The notes under the pieces are model-generated. The model searched no databases, had not been told where the DNA came from, and saw nothing but the letters and a program-made list of their open reading frames with translations. From NCBI GenBank assembly GCA_025594325.1, contig JANHCV010000002.1, positions 806,001 to 870,000 of the forward strand: a stretch of 64,000 nucleotides of DNA, written 5' to 3'. Numbering within the stretch: the stretch's first letter is position 1; the number at the start of each line of letters is the position of its first letter. Made by a program: the position numbers and the translations under genes. This DNA is from Blastocladiella emersonii ATCC 22665 (Eukaryota > Fungi > Blastocladiomycota). This document shows positions 33,409-44,599 of the stretch, one piece after another.

Positions 33409-34122
33409 CTAGTACGAGCCGGGGCGCTTGCAGCGATCAATGGGCGAGTTGGTCGGCGAAGAACGAACAGTCGAGGTAATGGTGGTCGTGGACGAGCGAG
33501 CCGTGGTCGGAACGACAGTGCTGGAACTAGTAGTGCTGGTCGTCGGAGCCGCCGAGGTTGCGGTCGCCGTGGCCGACGAGATCGACGTGGCGATGGCCGG
33601 ACTGCTCGCGGTCGAGGTCGCAGTAGTCGTCGAAGTCGTGGTCGATGCGGGCGGCGACGACGACGCAAGCTCAACCTCGACCAGGCTCAAGTTGATCCCC
33701 AAGCGGTTATCGCTGAGAACAATCGCGTGAGCGCGAGCCGGGTCGGCGCCAACGAACTTGGACACCTGGACCGTCACCTTGTTGGTGCCCGAACCAGTGT
33801 TGACCGGGGCCGTCACTGTCACGACGCTGCCACCGGTGCAGCCGGGCGCGCGTATCTGGAAGCCGACGGACACCTGGGTTGTGATCATGGCCGTGAACTC
33901 GAAAGTGATCGACTTGATGGGCGCGGCGCACGAGTCGGGCGGCGACAGGACCTCGGTCCACTCCGAGTTAGGCGGAAGAGCGACGCCCCCGATGCTCAGG
34001 ATGCCCGAGCCGCTGCGCGGAAAGCCGAGGTTGTTGGTCGGACCAGCGGCGGAGAAGTTGTCGACGGTGAGGCCCGCGGCGAGCGTGGCCACGGCGGCGA
34101 GGAGAAGTATGATCGCGTGCAT
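33409..34122 (-). CDS. Secreted protein: signal peptide, about 130-aa beta-rich (possibly carbohydrate-binding) domain, Ser/Thr-rich tail
   Basis: MHAIILLLAAVATLAAG signal-like N-terminus, two Cys in the globular part, then an S/T-rich linker. The 3' end could be extended by a splice at GTACTAG (not resolved). Confidence 0.65.
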   Translation of the reverse strand: MHAIILLLAAVATLAAGLTVDNFSAAGPTNNLGFPRSGSGILSIGGVALPPNSEWTEVLSPPDSCAAPIKSITFEFTAMITTQVSVGFQIRAPGCTGGSVVTVTAPVNTGSGTNKVTVQVSKFVGADPARAHAIVLSDNRLGINLSLVEVELASSSPPASTTTSTTTATSTASSPAIATSISSATATATSAAPTTSTTSSSTVVPTTARSSTTTITSTVRSSPTNSPIDRCKRPGSY

Positions 34123-34745
34123 CTTGGTGTTGTAGGCACGAGCGTCGTGGGCTGTTGATCAAGTCGGCAGCGCGAGGGCGAGGAGACGACGCGCTTTTTG
34201 TAGGCCGCGAACGAGGGCCGTGTCGTTGGCCTCGGATGAGGGCCGCTGGCCATGGCATGGTCCTCGACCATGGCCGCGTTTGAGGGTGGACGCCACAAAT
34301 TGAACGCGGACAACGCCCTCGTCCCGAACAATATCCCGCGCTACCCGTTGTTCCGAGCGAGAACAAGCAACCGCCGCAAGCGCACAGCAAGCAACTTCAT
34401 CAAGCAATTAATTTCCGCTTCGGACTTGAAACGCGCGCTCGTCTGGGCGCTTCGGGAAGAGTCGGACGTTCGCCGAAATGCGCCGATAGACGGGCATGAA
34501 CGAACTCGCCGGTGGGCCGACAAACGCTTCGGGTCGAGGGCGGCAGAGGTCGGCGGTCGGCGGTCGGTCGGCTCGCGATTGTGTGGCGCGACGCGTCGTT
34601 CGAACGCACGTGCGCGTCTCGCACCGCGAAGACGCGTCACGCCACGCCACTCCCTCCCCGCTTTCGGCCCCGCTGCAAGCGATCCCCGCTCTCCTTCACA
34701 CCCACCAAAAGCTTACCCACGTAACTGCAACGCATCGACACGACC

Positions 34746-37148
34746 ATGTCCGAGGCCATCCGCGTGTGCCTGCGGTGCCGGCCGTTTTCGGAAAAGGAGC
34801 GGGCGCAGGGGTTCACCAAGGTGGTGACGTTCGATTCGCCGACGTCGGTGACGCTGGTGAGCCCCAAGTCGCCCGAGGACACCAAGCAGTTCACGTTCGA
34901 CGCCGTGTTCGACGAGCAGTCGGAGCAGCTGCAGGTGTACGATGCGACGGCGCGGTCGATCGTGGACGCGGTGCTTTCGGGGTTCAACGGCACCGTGTTC
35001 GTGTACGGGCAGACCGGCACGGGAAAGAGTTTCAGCATGCAGGGGATCCCCGACAACCCGGCGCTGCGCGGGATCATCCCGAACGCCTTCAACCAGATCT
35101 TTGCCCACATCACCGAGGCCAAGGACCGCAAGTTCCTGGTGCGCGTGTCGTTCCTCGAGATCTACAACGAGGAGGTGCGCGACCTGCTGACGGTCGGCGC
35201 CTCGGGCAAGCCCGTGGGCCCGCTCGAGGTCAAGGAGCACCCGGACACGGGAGTCTACGTCAAGGACCTGCAGGCGTTTCCCGTGCAGAGCGTGTCGGAC
35301 ATGGACAAGCTGATGGACCGCGGCAACAAGAACCGCGCCGTGGCCGCAACCGACATGAACGCGACGTCGTCGCGGTCGCACTCCATCTTCACCATCACCA
35401 TCGAGAGCGCGGTCCCCGACAGCGGCGACGGGACCCCCGGCCACATCATCGCGGGCAAGCTGCACCTGGTCGATCTCGCGGGCTCGGAGCGCCAGGGCAA
35501 GACGGGCGCGACGGGCGACCGGCTCAAGGAGGCCGCCAAGATCAACCTGTCGCTGAGCGCGCTCGGCAACTGCATCTCGGCGCTCGTCGACGGGAAATCG
35601 AGCCACGTCCCGTACCGCGACTCGAAGCTGACGCGGCTGCTGCAGGACTCGCTCGGCGGCAACGCCAAGACCCTCATGATCGCCACCATGTCGCCCGCGT
35701 CGTACAACTACGACGAGACCCTGAGCACGCTGCGGTACGCGAACCGCGCCAAGAACATCAAGAACAAGCCCAAGGTCAACGAGGACCCCAAGGACGCCCT
35801 GCTCCGCGAGTACCAGCTCGAGATCGCCCGGCTCCAGGAGATGCTCAAGATGCGCGCCGCCGCCAAGAAGACGGGCAACTCGCCAACGCCCAGCGCCGGG
35901 CCCGCCGCTGCGACGAAACCGGCGGCGCCAGCTGCCCCGAAACCCGCCAAACCGGCAGCTGGCGCGCCTTCGTCATCGGCATCCACCGCCACAGCATCCG
36001 CGTCCCCGTCGGCTGCTCCCGCGGAGCCCGAGGACCCGAGCCTGCACGTCGACGAGGACGCCGAGACGGCGCTGTCGCAGCTGGACCCGTCGACGCTGCA
36101 GGCGCTGGCGGCTGAGATCGAGGCCGAGAAGGCGCGTCTGCTCGCGTCCAAGGACATGGCGGCCGACGAGCAGGAGCGTCTGCTGGCCGAGCTCGATGCG
36201 CGGGCGGACCACCTCGAGACCGAACGCGCCGCGCGCGAGGCCCTCGCCGCGCAACTCGCCGCGCTCGAGTCGAAGCTCCTCGTCGGCGGCGTGCACCTGC
36301 AGGACCACATTTCAGCGCAAGAGCTGGAGCTCGAGAAGACGCGTGCGGCGGCGCAGGCCGAGGCCGAGAAGCAGCGCGCGATGCGTGCGCAGCTGGACGC
36401 GATGCTCGAGGGCAACATGGCGCTCGAGGGCGAGTACGCGAGTCTGCAGGAGGAGGTGGACGTGAAGACGCGCAAGCTGACCAAGCTGTGGGCCAAGCTC
36501 GAGCAGGCCAAGCGCGAGGCCGCCGACATCGACGCCGAGTGGCGCACCGAGCGCGCCGATCTGACGGCGGCGATCCGCGAGCTCGCGCGCGAGCTCGAGC
36601 TCAAGGCCACGGTCATCGACCTGTTCGTCCCGCCCGACGAGCGCAGGAAGCTCGAGTCGCGCCTCGTCCTCGACACGGACGACGAGGACGCCGATGGCGT
36701 CACTAACGAGTGGCGTTGGCTGCCCGCGTCGGCCGCGACCAGCAGCGCCGTCGGCCCAGGTGCGCGCCGACCCGTCGCGGTGCCCGGAAGCCGCCGGCCC
36801 ATGGCCGCGGCCGCGCGCGCCCTCGTCGAGCACGACCCGGACGCGGCGCGCGGGCGGTACATGGGCGACAACCTCGTCGAGGTGCCGCTGTACGGCGGCA
36901 ACGTGATCCGGATCCGCGCGTCCGACCCGCGCATGGGGATCCCGCTGCTGCTGCTCCCGAGCGAGGGCGCGGGGTCGGCGCGCAAGAGGTCGGCCGTGGC
37001 CGGGTCGTCATCGTCGTCGGGATCGAGGACCAAGTCGCCGGGCGCGGCAAGCGCCATGGGACGCAGTATCGGCGGTGTCTCGGCTGGGCTCGGCGGGAGC
37101 AGAAGCAGCAGTACGGGACGGCGAGGGACGGGTGCGGGCGTGCCGTGA
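34746..37148 (+). CDS. Kinesin-2 (KIF3/FLA10-like) motor subunit
   Basis: P-loop GQTGTGKS, switch motifs NATSSRSH and DLAGSER, HVPYRDSKLTRLLQDSLGGN, KNIKNKPKVNEDPKDALLREYQLEI neck typical of kinesin-2, and a coiled-coil stalk. Confidence 0.88.
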   Translation: MSEAIRVCLRCRPFSEKERAQGFTKVVTFDSPTSVTLVSPKSPEDTKQFTFDAVFDEQSEQLQVYDATARSIVDAVLSGFNGTVFVYGQTGTGKSFSMQGIPDNPALRGIIPNAFNQIFAHITEAKDRKFLVRVSFLEIYNEEVRDLLTVGASGKPVGPLEVKEHPDTGVYVKDLQAFPVQSVSDMDKLMDRGNKNRAVAATDMNATSSRSHSIFTITIESAVPDSGDGTPGHIIAGKLHLVDLAGSERQGKTGATGDRLKEAAKINLSLSALGNCISALVDGKSSHVPYRDSKLTRLLQDSLGGNAKTLMIATMSPASYNYDETLSTLRYANRAKNIKNKPKVNEDPKDALLREYQLEIARLQEMLKMRAAAKKTGNSPTPSAGPAAATKPAAPAAPKPAKPAAGAPSSSASTATASASPSAAPAEPEDPSLHVDEDAETALSQLDPSTLQALAAEIEAEKARLLASKDMAADEQERLLAELDARADHLETERAAREALAAQLAALESKLLVGGVHLQDHISAQELELEKTRAAAQAEAEKQRAMRAQLDAMLEGNMALEGEYASLQEEVDVKTRKLTKLWAKLEQAKREAADIDAEWRTERADLTAAIRELARELELKATVIDLFVPPDERRKLESRLVLDTDDEDADGVTNEWRWLPASAATSSAVGPGARRPVAVPGSRRPMAAAARALVEHDPDAARGRYMGDNLVEVPLYGGNVIRIRASDPRMGIPLLLLPSEGAGSARKRSAVAGSSSSSGSRTKSPGAASAMGRSIGGVSAGLGGSRSSSTGRRGTGAGVP

Positions 37149-37351
37149 GTGCGGTGCGACAATCATAATAGACAACTCATGGTTACTACTCCTAGTTGAT
37201 GAGAACAAGTGTATAAGGCAGTTACAAACGGTACAGGTGAACAAAACTGATGATGATGGTGGTGGACACTCCCAGGCGCAAAGCGAGTGTTCACTTCGCA
37301 ATGCAGTGTGCGGAACGGGTATCGAGTAGTCGTAGTCGTCGGCCGCCCTAC

Positions 37352-39232
37352 TTACATGACGGCCGCGGACGGCGTGCGCAAGCCGCCCGCCATCGGGAGG
37401 AACGCCGACTTGACTTGCATGCGGCGCTTCTCCTTCTTGGTCTCGGCGCGCTTCTGCTTGACCTCGCGCGGGAACAGCGACGCGACGGTGCGCTCCCAGT
37501 CGGGGTCGCCGGGGCACGGGCGCGCGTCGTTGGCCGAGACTACCGACACGACGCGGCACAGCGGGCACGGCAGCCGCTGCATGATGGGCCGCGCCGACAC
37601 GGGCCCGCCCATGCCGAGGAACGGCGACACGTATGGCATCGTGTAGGTGCCGTTGCGGCCGACGGCGATCGACGACGAGGTCGACGGGCGGGACGCTGCG
37701 GCGTTCGACGCGAACGACGTGGTGCTCTCGGTCGGCGACGCCGGCACCGAGCCGGGAGACGCGCCGAGCGCGGCCGGCGCAATGTCCATCTCCATGAGCT
37801 CGAGCGTGTCACGCTCGATGGGCGGGACGGCCGAGTAGGTGAGCGGGCGGATATCGTCGTTGGTGAAGGTGAGGAACACGGTGCCGGGGGCGTGGGCCGG
37901 GTTGACGTCGCGGTACCGCTGGAAGCACGGGCGGCACAGCTTGTGCTTGCATTTGAGGACGACGGCGTCGGCGAGGATTTCGAGGCAGCACGGGCACGTG
38001 TACTCGGCGGGGTCCGGGTACACGCGCGCGAGGCCGCGGACCATGGCGGCGACGACGGCCGGGGTCGCACCCGCCAGCGCCGTCAGCCGCGCATGCGTGC
38101 GCTCGAGGAGCGCGTTGCGGTCACGCAGCATGGCGTCGGCATTGCCCGCTGGGACGAGCGACTGCAGCTCGCGCAGGATCGGGACCAGGTCGTAGATGAT
38201 CCGCTCGACAAACGCGGTGTGGGTGGCGATGTCCGACGCGATCTAGCGGTGTGGACGACGCGAGTGTGAGTCAGTGGCGCAGCTCGTATTTCTGGGGCCG
38301 GAGGCAAGCGACAGGCAAGCGCCGCGGGGCCGAATTCGGAACGTGAAACGGCGGCGCGCGCGAGACGTGCGGTGCCACACCACGAGGGGCAAGCGCTGCA
38401 TCGGGTGTGGCGAAGCTGTCCACCGCACTTGCGTCGCCGCCGAGGATCGGGATGGTGAGACGGAGACACGTACGGTGATGAGCTCGACGACGGCGTCGTG
38501 CAGCGCGCGCGCGTCCTTGTTGCGGAGGCGGCGCGAGCACTTGAACCCGGCCTTGCGGAGGCGCGCGACGACGGCGGCCGCGGCCAACTCGCGCGGGAGC
38601 GGCGCCGTGAGCGTGGCGACCATGTCGGGCGTCGTGGCAGCGGTGGCCGCACCCGCAGCGACGTTCACAGCGGGGATCGGCGTGAAGGGCACGGCGAGCG
38701 TCACGGCGCGCTGGAACTCGGCGCCGAGGTCGCGGTCGACGGCGTCGAGCAGCTTGCGCAGCTTGTACATGGTGCGCGGCGGGCAGTTGCGCGGCTGCGC
38801 GTGCTCGGTGATGGCGGCGAGCGTCGCGGCGGCGCGCTCCTCGAGGAGGGCGATGCGCGGGCGGCACACGGCCTCGAGGCGGGCCACCTCGCGGTCGATG
38901 GCGCCGACACACTCGCTGAGGGCGTGCGGCGACCCGACGAGCGCGACGCGCGCAAAGTGGCGGAGCGCGGCGCCATGGACGCCGGCGGTGCGGTACGCGG
39001 GGTGCGTGGCCCACGAGGCGGTCGCGCCGGCGGCGGCAGCGGACTTGGACGACGAGCGGCCGCCGAGGAACGACGACGCGGTGCTCGACCGGCGGAACCG
39101 GCTGCCGTCGGGCGTGAAGAAGCGGGCGAGGCGGACGCCCAGCGACAGCGATGAGGTAGCGGCGCCGGTGCTGGTGCCGGTCGGGAGGCTCGAGGAGGTG
39201 CGGTTGCGGGCGAGGCCGATCGAGAAGGGCAT
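37352..39232 (-). CDS. RING (C3HC4-type) protein with helical N-terminus, resembling fungal SPX-RING proteins
   Basis: CPCC...CKHKLCRPC...CPLC RING split by an insertion, and C-terminal LFPREVKQKRAE motif. Phase-0 intron 38473-38243 (GTACGT..CTAG, branch CTGAC) joins the two ORFs. An SPX domain is not clearly recognisable. Confidence 0.65.
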
Positions 39233-40255
39233 GAGATGAGAGGGTGGGGTCGGTTGGAGCTGATGTTGTGTTGGAAGCGGTTGATGCGGGGGAGCGAGAA
39301 TTCGCCGTGGGGGCCACCTGGCCGCTTTATGAAACTGCGGGGACGAGGTCCGCGGTGCTCGGGGGGCGAGGACAATCGAATCGACGAGAACAATCACGGC
39401 CGACGCTGCGCGAAAACGTGCAGGACGAGCAGAGCGCGCGACAATCAGGTCTTGGCGCGGGGGGAGAGGGTCCCTGTCGCGGTTAAAGATCGGGGAAGCG
39501 GAGGGTGGCGGCAGCCTGGGCGGCAGCGATGGCGATGGCGAGGGCGGAGTGTGCACAGCAAGCAAGCAACGGTGTGGGCGCCGTCCCTTTTGAACTATTT
39601 TCGACCCGCCTCCTCGCGCAGTGTGAGCGCGCGCGCACGACCGCGTCGTCGACTATCGCGCGCGAGGCTCGGCGTATATTAAGCGCGCCGACGCGTGCAA
39701 GCTTGCGACCGACCGGTGCGTTCATGAGGCGCCGGGCGCCGGAAGATTTTTCTCGAGCGCGCGCCACGGCAACGGCCCAGGCACCGAGCCGCCGGTGGCC
39801 GTGTCTCCCTCGCAACGCGACGCGCCGCGCGGGCCGACGCGACGGGGCTTGTCGATGAGCGCAGTCAAGGCCGCGTGGCTCGGGGCCTTCTGGAAGCCGC
39901 CCGACGCGAGCCTTGCATGCGCCACCCGCTCCTCGTCTCAGCCTCAGTTCTCAGCCTCCACGCTGAGCGATGACGATAGCGACCATGGCCAGACATGAGT
40001 GGGACGCGACGCTCAGCGCAGCGCTGAGCTCGCCGCCGAGCTCGATTTATCCCGTCGCCGCGCCGGCCGGTGGTCAGGAGGGCGGTCAGCCGGGATGAGC
40101 GCCTTCATTATCCCTGGCTCCACCGCACAGGCCCCCGATCAGGCACCCTGGTCTTGCATGAATGAATGCGTGGCGCGTGCATGAGACGCGAGGCAACAGG
40201 CCGCGTGATTTGGCAGGGCCCGCAACACGCCTCGCGCCCGCTGTCTCACTCCCCT

Positions 40256-40276
40256 CACGTGATAAATCGACGCGTC
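40256..40276 (-). promoter_or_regulatory. Bipartite motif GACGCGTCG-ATTTA-TCACGTG downstream of the PNKP paralog
   Basis: About 58 bp after the stop at 40334, in sense orientation; equivalent motif at 45846-45866. Confidence 0.5.
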
Positions 40277-40333
40277 AACTCGACGATCGACGAGGGCAAC
40301 GAGGGACGCAACGAAAGGCGCAAGTCGTGTAGT

Positions 40334-43300
40334 TTAAAAAAGCCACATGCACGCGAGGCGCAGGTCCTCGGGGGTCTTGAAGCAAGGTCGGAACGGGATC
40401 TCGATCACCTCCTCGAATCCCTCGCTCGTACTCGGCTTGCTGAGGCGGTACTCGTACTTGGAGAAGGCCTCCTCGGGCAGCAGGTCGCGGGGAAGCTCGT
40501 CGTCGACCGAGGTGAACTACAGGGGCCAAGACGCGTGGTTAGCGACGCTCGAACCTCGAATTATGAGCGGTTCATGACGCACCGCGCGGAAGTGGTTGAG
40601 GTGTCGAGCAATGTCGACGGGCGTCGTAAAGTGCACCGAGCGCACTGGCACCTCGAACTCCTCGGCCACTTCAATGTACTTGCGGCGCGTCCAGGAAGTG
40701 GGATTCGTGTTGTCTGCAGCACGCGCGAGTAAGGGCCCGTTTGGTTCAGATCAGGTGGATCAGCTGAAAAAGTTGCCACGTTTCACCTCACCCCCGTTCA
40801 TCTCAGCGGCCGTGCGAACCAAACGCCCCGCTGGATGAACCCCCCCCCCCCCGCAATAAAATCTTTCCCACCTCTTTGCAGCCGCACTTATTGCAACGAA
40901 TCAACACCTAACCTCACGCATCGTGTTCTCGAGCCCTCAAACAACATGGGCAAGGGATACAACCGCAAGCTGCGCGGCCTAATGCTCACAGCCGCCCTCG
41001 CTCTCCTGCGACGTCTCGCTGCGCGCAACGAGCGCCGCTCGTGGGAGCCTATCCGCACGTCCACGCTTTCTGGCGAGTCGTGGGTTCAAGAGCTGCTGAC
41101 GTGCAACAGCGAAACGCGTTTTTCGGAAATCGCCCGTATGCCCCGCGAGACCTTCAAGGCCATCTGCCGCCTGTTCCGCGACCGTGGCCTTCTCGCCGAC
41201 GGCCGCGAGCTGTCCGTCGAGGCGCGCTTCATGGTTTTTCTTGTCATGGCCGGCGAGGGCAGCACCAACCGCAACCTCAGGGAGCGGTTCCAAATCTCTG
41301 GCGAGACCGCGTCCAGGGTTCTGAAGCAAGTGCTCGACGCTCTGTACCGCCTGATGCCCGAGTTCATTGTCCAGCCGTCCGATTCTACGCCCGTGCATGA
41401 GCGCATCGCCCACGACCCGAAATACGCTCCGTTCCAGAACGCGGTCGGCGCGCTTGACGGAACGCACATCCCGTTTGTTGTGCCCACTAAGCTTCACGAC
41501 TCGTTCCGAAACCGCAAGGGGACCATATACTCAAATGTCCTCGCTGCCTGCGACTTTGACTTGAACTTCACCTACGTTCTCGCAGGGTGGGAGGGCAAGG
41601 CGCATGACTCGCGCGTGCTCTCGGACGCCTTCGCCCGTGGGTTCAAGATCCCCGCCGGCCGCTTCTACCTCGCCGACGGCGGCTACGCAAACCGCACGTC
41701 CATCATCGTGCCCTTCCGCGGTACCCGCTATCATCTTCGCGAGTTTGCCCGCGGCAAGGATGGGTACGTTCTCACTGCCATGACCATCACGTTGGCGCCA
41801 TCTCATCCGCTTCATCAACGTACGTAGAGTTAAGAACCGCGAGGAGCTTTTCAATCTGCGTCACGCGTCGCTCCGCAACTCTGTTGAGCGTATCTTTGGC
41901 GTGCTCAAGAAGCGGTTCCGCGTCCTCTCGATTGGCGCGGCCTACCCAATCAAGACTCAAGTCAAGCTTGTGTACGCGCTCTGCACGCTGCACAACATGA
42001 TCAACAAGTGGAACCAAGGCGGCGACGCCTTCTTTCGCGACGCCGAGACGGAGCTCCGGCGCGCGCGGGACGCGGCGCGTGAGGCGCGTGTGCGTGGGCG
42101 CGAGCCCCTGAACGACGAGAACGAGGAGGACGACGAGGCCGCTGTCCTCGAGGCCTCGCTGGACGGAGCTCTTCAGCGCGGTATCTCGCTTCGGAACCGC
42201 ATCGCAAATGTTCTTTGGACCGAGTACAGGCGCGTCATGGCCGCTCGTGGGACCCGTCTTTGAAGGCGCGAAATAATTGTTGTACCCGCATGCATGCTGT
42301 AATATACTGATTTTTCAAGTACTATAATGTTATATAAGCGATTCTAGATGATTTGACGCGTCGCTGAGGTCAGAATGCATCGGTGGAGACGCGTCGATCA
42401 ATCACGTGACGTGTGAGACACTTTGCGAACCACGCGTTTCTCAACGAGTCGCGTCATTTTCGAGCCAAGGGTAACGATTGAAGATACGATGGACACAAAG
42501 CCAGATGTATTGGACACAAATGGGCGAGAACAAGGCCAGGAAGCAACGCGAGGGGAGGGGGACATGTGCGAGTGAGCTACTGAATGAAAATCTCGAGGAT
42601 GCGCTTGCGCTTCGATTCGGACACGGCCATGACGCGAAGCGCTTGATCCTCGGTCAGGCGGGTGGCGACGTCGATCTGGTACTCTTCATTGTCGTTGTAC
42701 GCGTCCTGGACCCATTCAAGTGCGGCGGTCAGGACGGGCTTGGAGTCGGCGGTCGCGACGCTCTGGAACACCTCCTTGATGCCCATGAGGAATTCCGAGT
42801 CCGAGAGGCGACGCGAGCTGCTGTCCGAAGTGCGGCTGCGCTTGCTGGCGGGGGCCGCGTCGTCTTGACCATCGACACCTTCCACGTCACCAGACTCCTT
42901 GCCGTCCTGCTCGAGGTGCGAGTACTCGCCGGTGGTGGTCGAGCCGCCCCACGAAGGAAAACAGCGTTTATATAGGCCGGGAAGCATAGCCTGAAGGTTT
43001 CGGGGGCGAGCAGACGGGCAATTCAGCGACGAGGGTTCCATTCAGCTCATCCGGGGGTCGACCCAAACGCCGCGATGAACGCGACGGGGTGAAAATGCCA
43101 CGTTTCAGCTGGGTGAACACCGGACCGTGTAAAATCGATTGATCCACCTGATTCACCCCGGAACCAAACGGGCCCTACGTTACGGGCGGCACGGACACGG
43201 CGTGGCAGACGCACCAATGACAACGGGCCAACCCGACACGATCACCTCGCGGCAGTACTCGACGCACGCGTCAAGCGACCCGAGCGTGTCCTGGTTCACA

Positions 43301-44473
43301 ACGCGGTAGCCGAACGAGTTCCGAAGCCATTCCGCGACCGTCGACTTGCCGCTCGCCGGCGAACCCGTGAACACGAGCACCTCCTGCTGCCCGAACTGCG
43401 GCACGGCGGGGTCGATGAGATCCTCGATCCAGTCAAAGTAGCGTAGCTCAGCGCGTCCTTCATCATCGCTGTCCTCGTCCTCGCCCTCTTCCTCGTCCTC
43501 CTTGCTGTCCTCACGTTCGTGCGCAACGAGCTCGCGAATCAGGGACGGATCGAACCGGCCGCGCAGATGGAACCGCTCGACAGGGTGGCCGAGGAAAAAC
43601 TCCTCGGGCGTGTGGAATGGGAGGCCGAGATTGATGGCAAACTTGCTATAAACGGCAGAGAAGTGAGATCGACTCGGTCGCATAGCGGTCGTCGCAAGAC
43701 GCACCGGTCCGTGTCCCAAGCGTCACCCGGTCGACCAGCCACATCGCCGACAAAGAACGACGCGCCCACATCAATCGGAACGACGCTGCTGGTGATCACG
43801 TCCGCGTTGAAGTCCAGGGCGAGCTTCTTCCACATTCCCGGTCGGGGCTTGAAGTAGATGTCCTGTTCCAGGGAGAGAAAGATCTGGACAGGCACACCGA
43901 GCTATGATGTACCGAAACGTTAGTCGGAGCTTTGGGGGATCCGGGAAGGAGGCATGATGCACCGTGCGCGCAATGTCGATGGCCTTAGACTGAAGGCCGG
44001 GAAGCATTTCGGGCCGACCATAGTACCAAATACGATGGTTTGCGAACACGACGATCTTGAAGCTGTGTTGTTTCGCGCCGTGAGCCCTGCTCTCTCAAAT
44101 CTTTCATAGACTCGACGTACCCGCTCGCGTGAAGCTCCTTAAGCCGGTCCAACACGACGTCCGGGTAGAGCAGCTCCCAGTCATCGTCAGCCGTGGGCTT
44201 CGCCGCACCCGACTTGGTCGTGATCAGCGTGCCGTCCAGCGAGAAGGCCGCGATCTTCGACGAAGGAGCGGGCGACATGTACTCGATGACGCACAGGCTC
44301 TCCTCGTTGTGGATCTCGACGCGCTCAGCGGCAGCGGCAGTGGTGCCGCCAGCCGTTCGAGCCCGCTTCACGGCCTCGACCTCAGGGTCCTCAAACGCCC
44401 GCTTCGGGCCCGAGTGCAGCTCGGCGGAGTGTTTGCGAGTAGTCTCCGGCGGATCCATCAGCTGCATGAGCAT
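40334..44473 (-). CDS. PNKP/Pnk1 paralog: intact polynucleotide kinase, degenerate 3'-phosphatase; one intron holds a Harbinger element
   Basis: Exons 44473-44121, 44062-43963, 43901-43705, 43645-43215, 40713-40583 and 40516-40334 splice in frame. Kinase GSPASGKST, NQDTLG, IDNTNP and HLNHFR are intact. Phosphatase motif I reads FSLDGT and motif II reads FANH. The start codon is uncertain. Confidence 0.8.
40946..42263 (+). CDS. Harbinger transposase (HARBI1/DDE_Tnp_4-type nuclease)
   Basis: FRMxxxTF-like ARMPRETF helix, GALDGTH, YLADGGY and, after intron 41764-41827, ELFNLRHASLRNSVERIFGVLKKRF. The D-D-E triad is intact. Confidence 0.92.
42388..42408 (+). promoter_or_regulatory. Bipartite motif GACGCGTCG-ATCAA-TCACGTG inside the transposon
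   Basis: Between the convergent stops of the two transposon ORFs, sense to the nuclease. Confidence 0.5.
42577..43041 (-). pseudogene. Truncated Harbinger accessory (Myb/SANT-type ORF1) protein, C-terminal part only
   Basis: Convergent with the nuclease inside the TIRs. CFPSWGGSTTTGEYS plus an acidic/NLS region and helical C-terminus resemble the distal half of ORF1 proteins. No Trp-spaced Myb/SANT domain fits in the ~120 bp left before the TIR. Confidence 0.55.
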
Positions 44474-44599
44474 CTATCTAGTCGGGGTGAAAGTCGGTGC
44501 TGCGCCCACAGCAGCAAACCGCGCATTTCTTAGAGCGAGAACACAGGCAAAAGCAGGCACTTTTTGAACAGGAAGAAGTTCTTATTTTTCTTAGCCCTT

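Larger units (their letters stand above)
40733..43175. mobile_element. PIF/Harbinger DNA transposon, 2443 bp
   Basis: 15-bp TIRs GGGCCCGTTTGGTTC (40733-40747) and GAACCAAACGGGCCC (43161-43175); flanks TAA/TAC (a 3-bp TSD with one mismatch); DDE nuclease plus a convergent second ORF. Confidence 0.93.
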
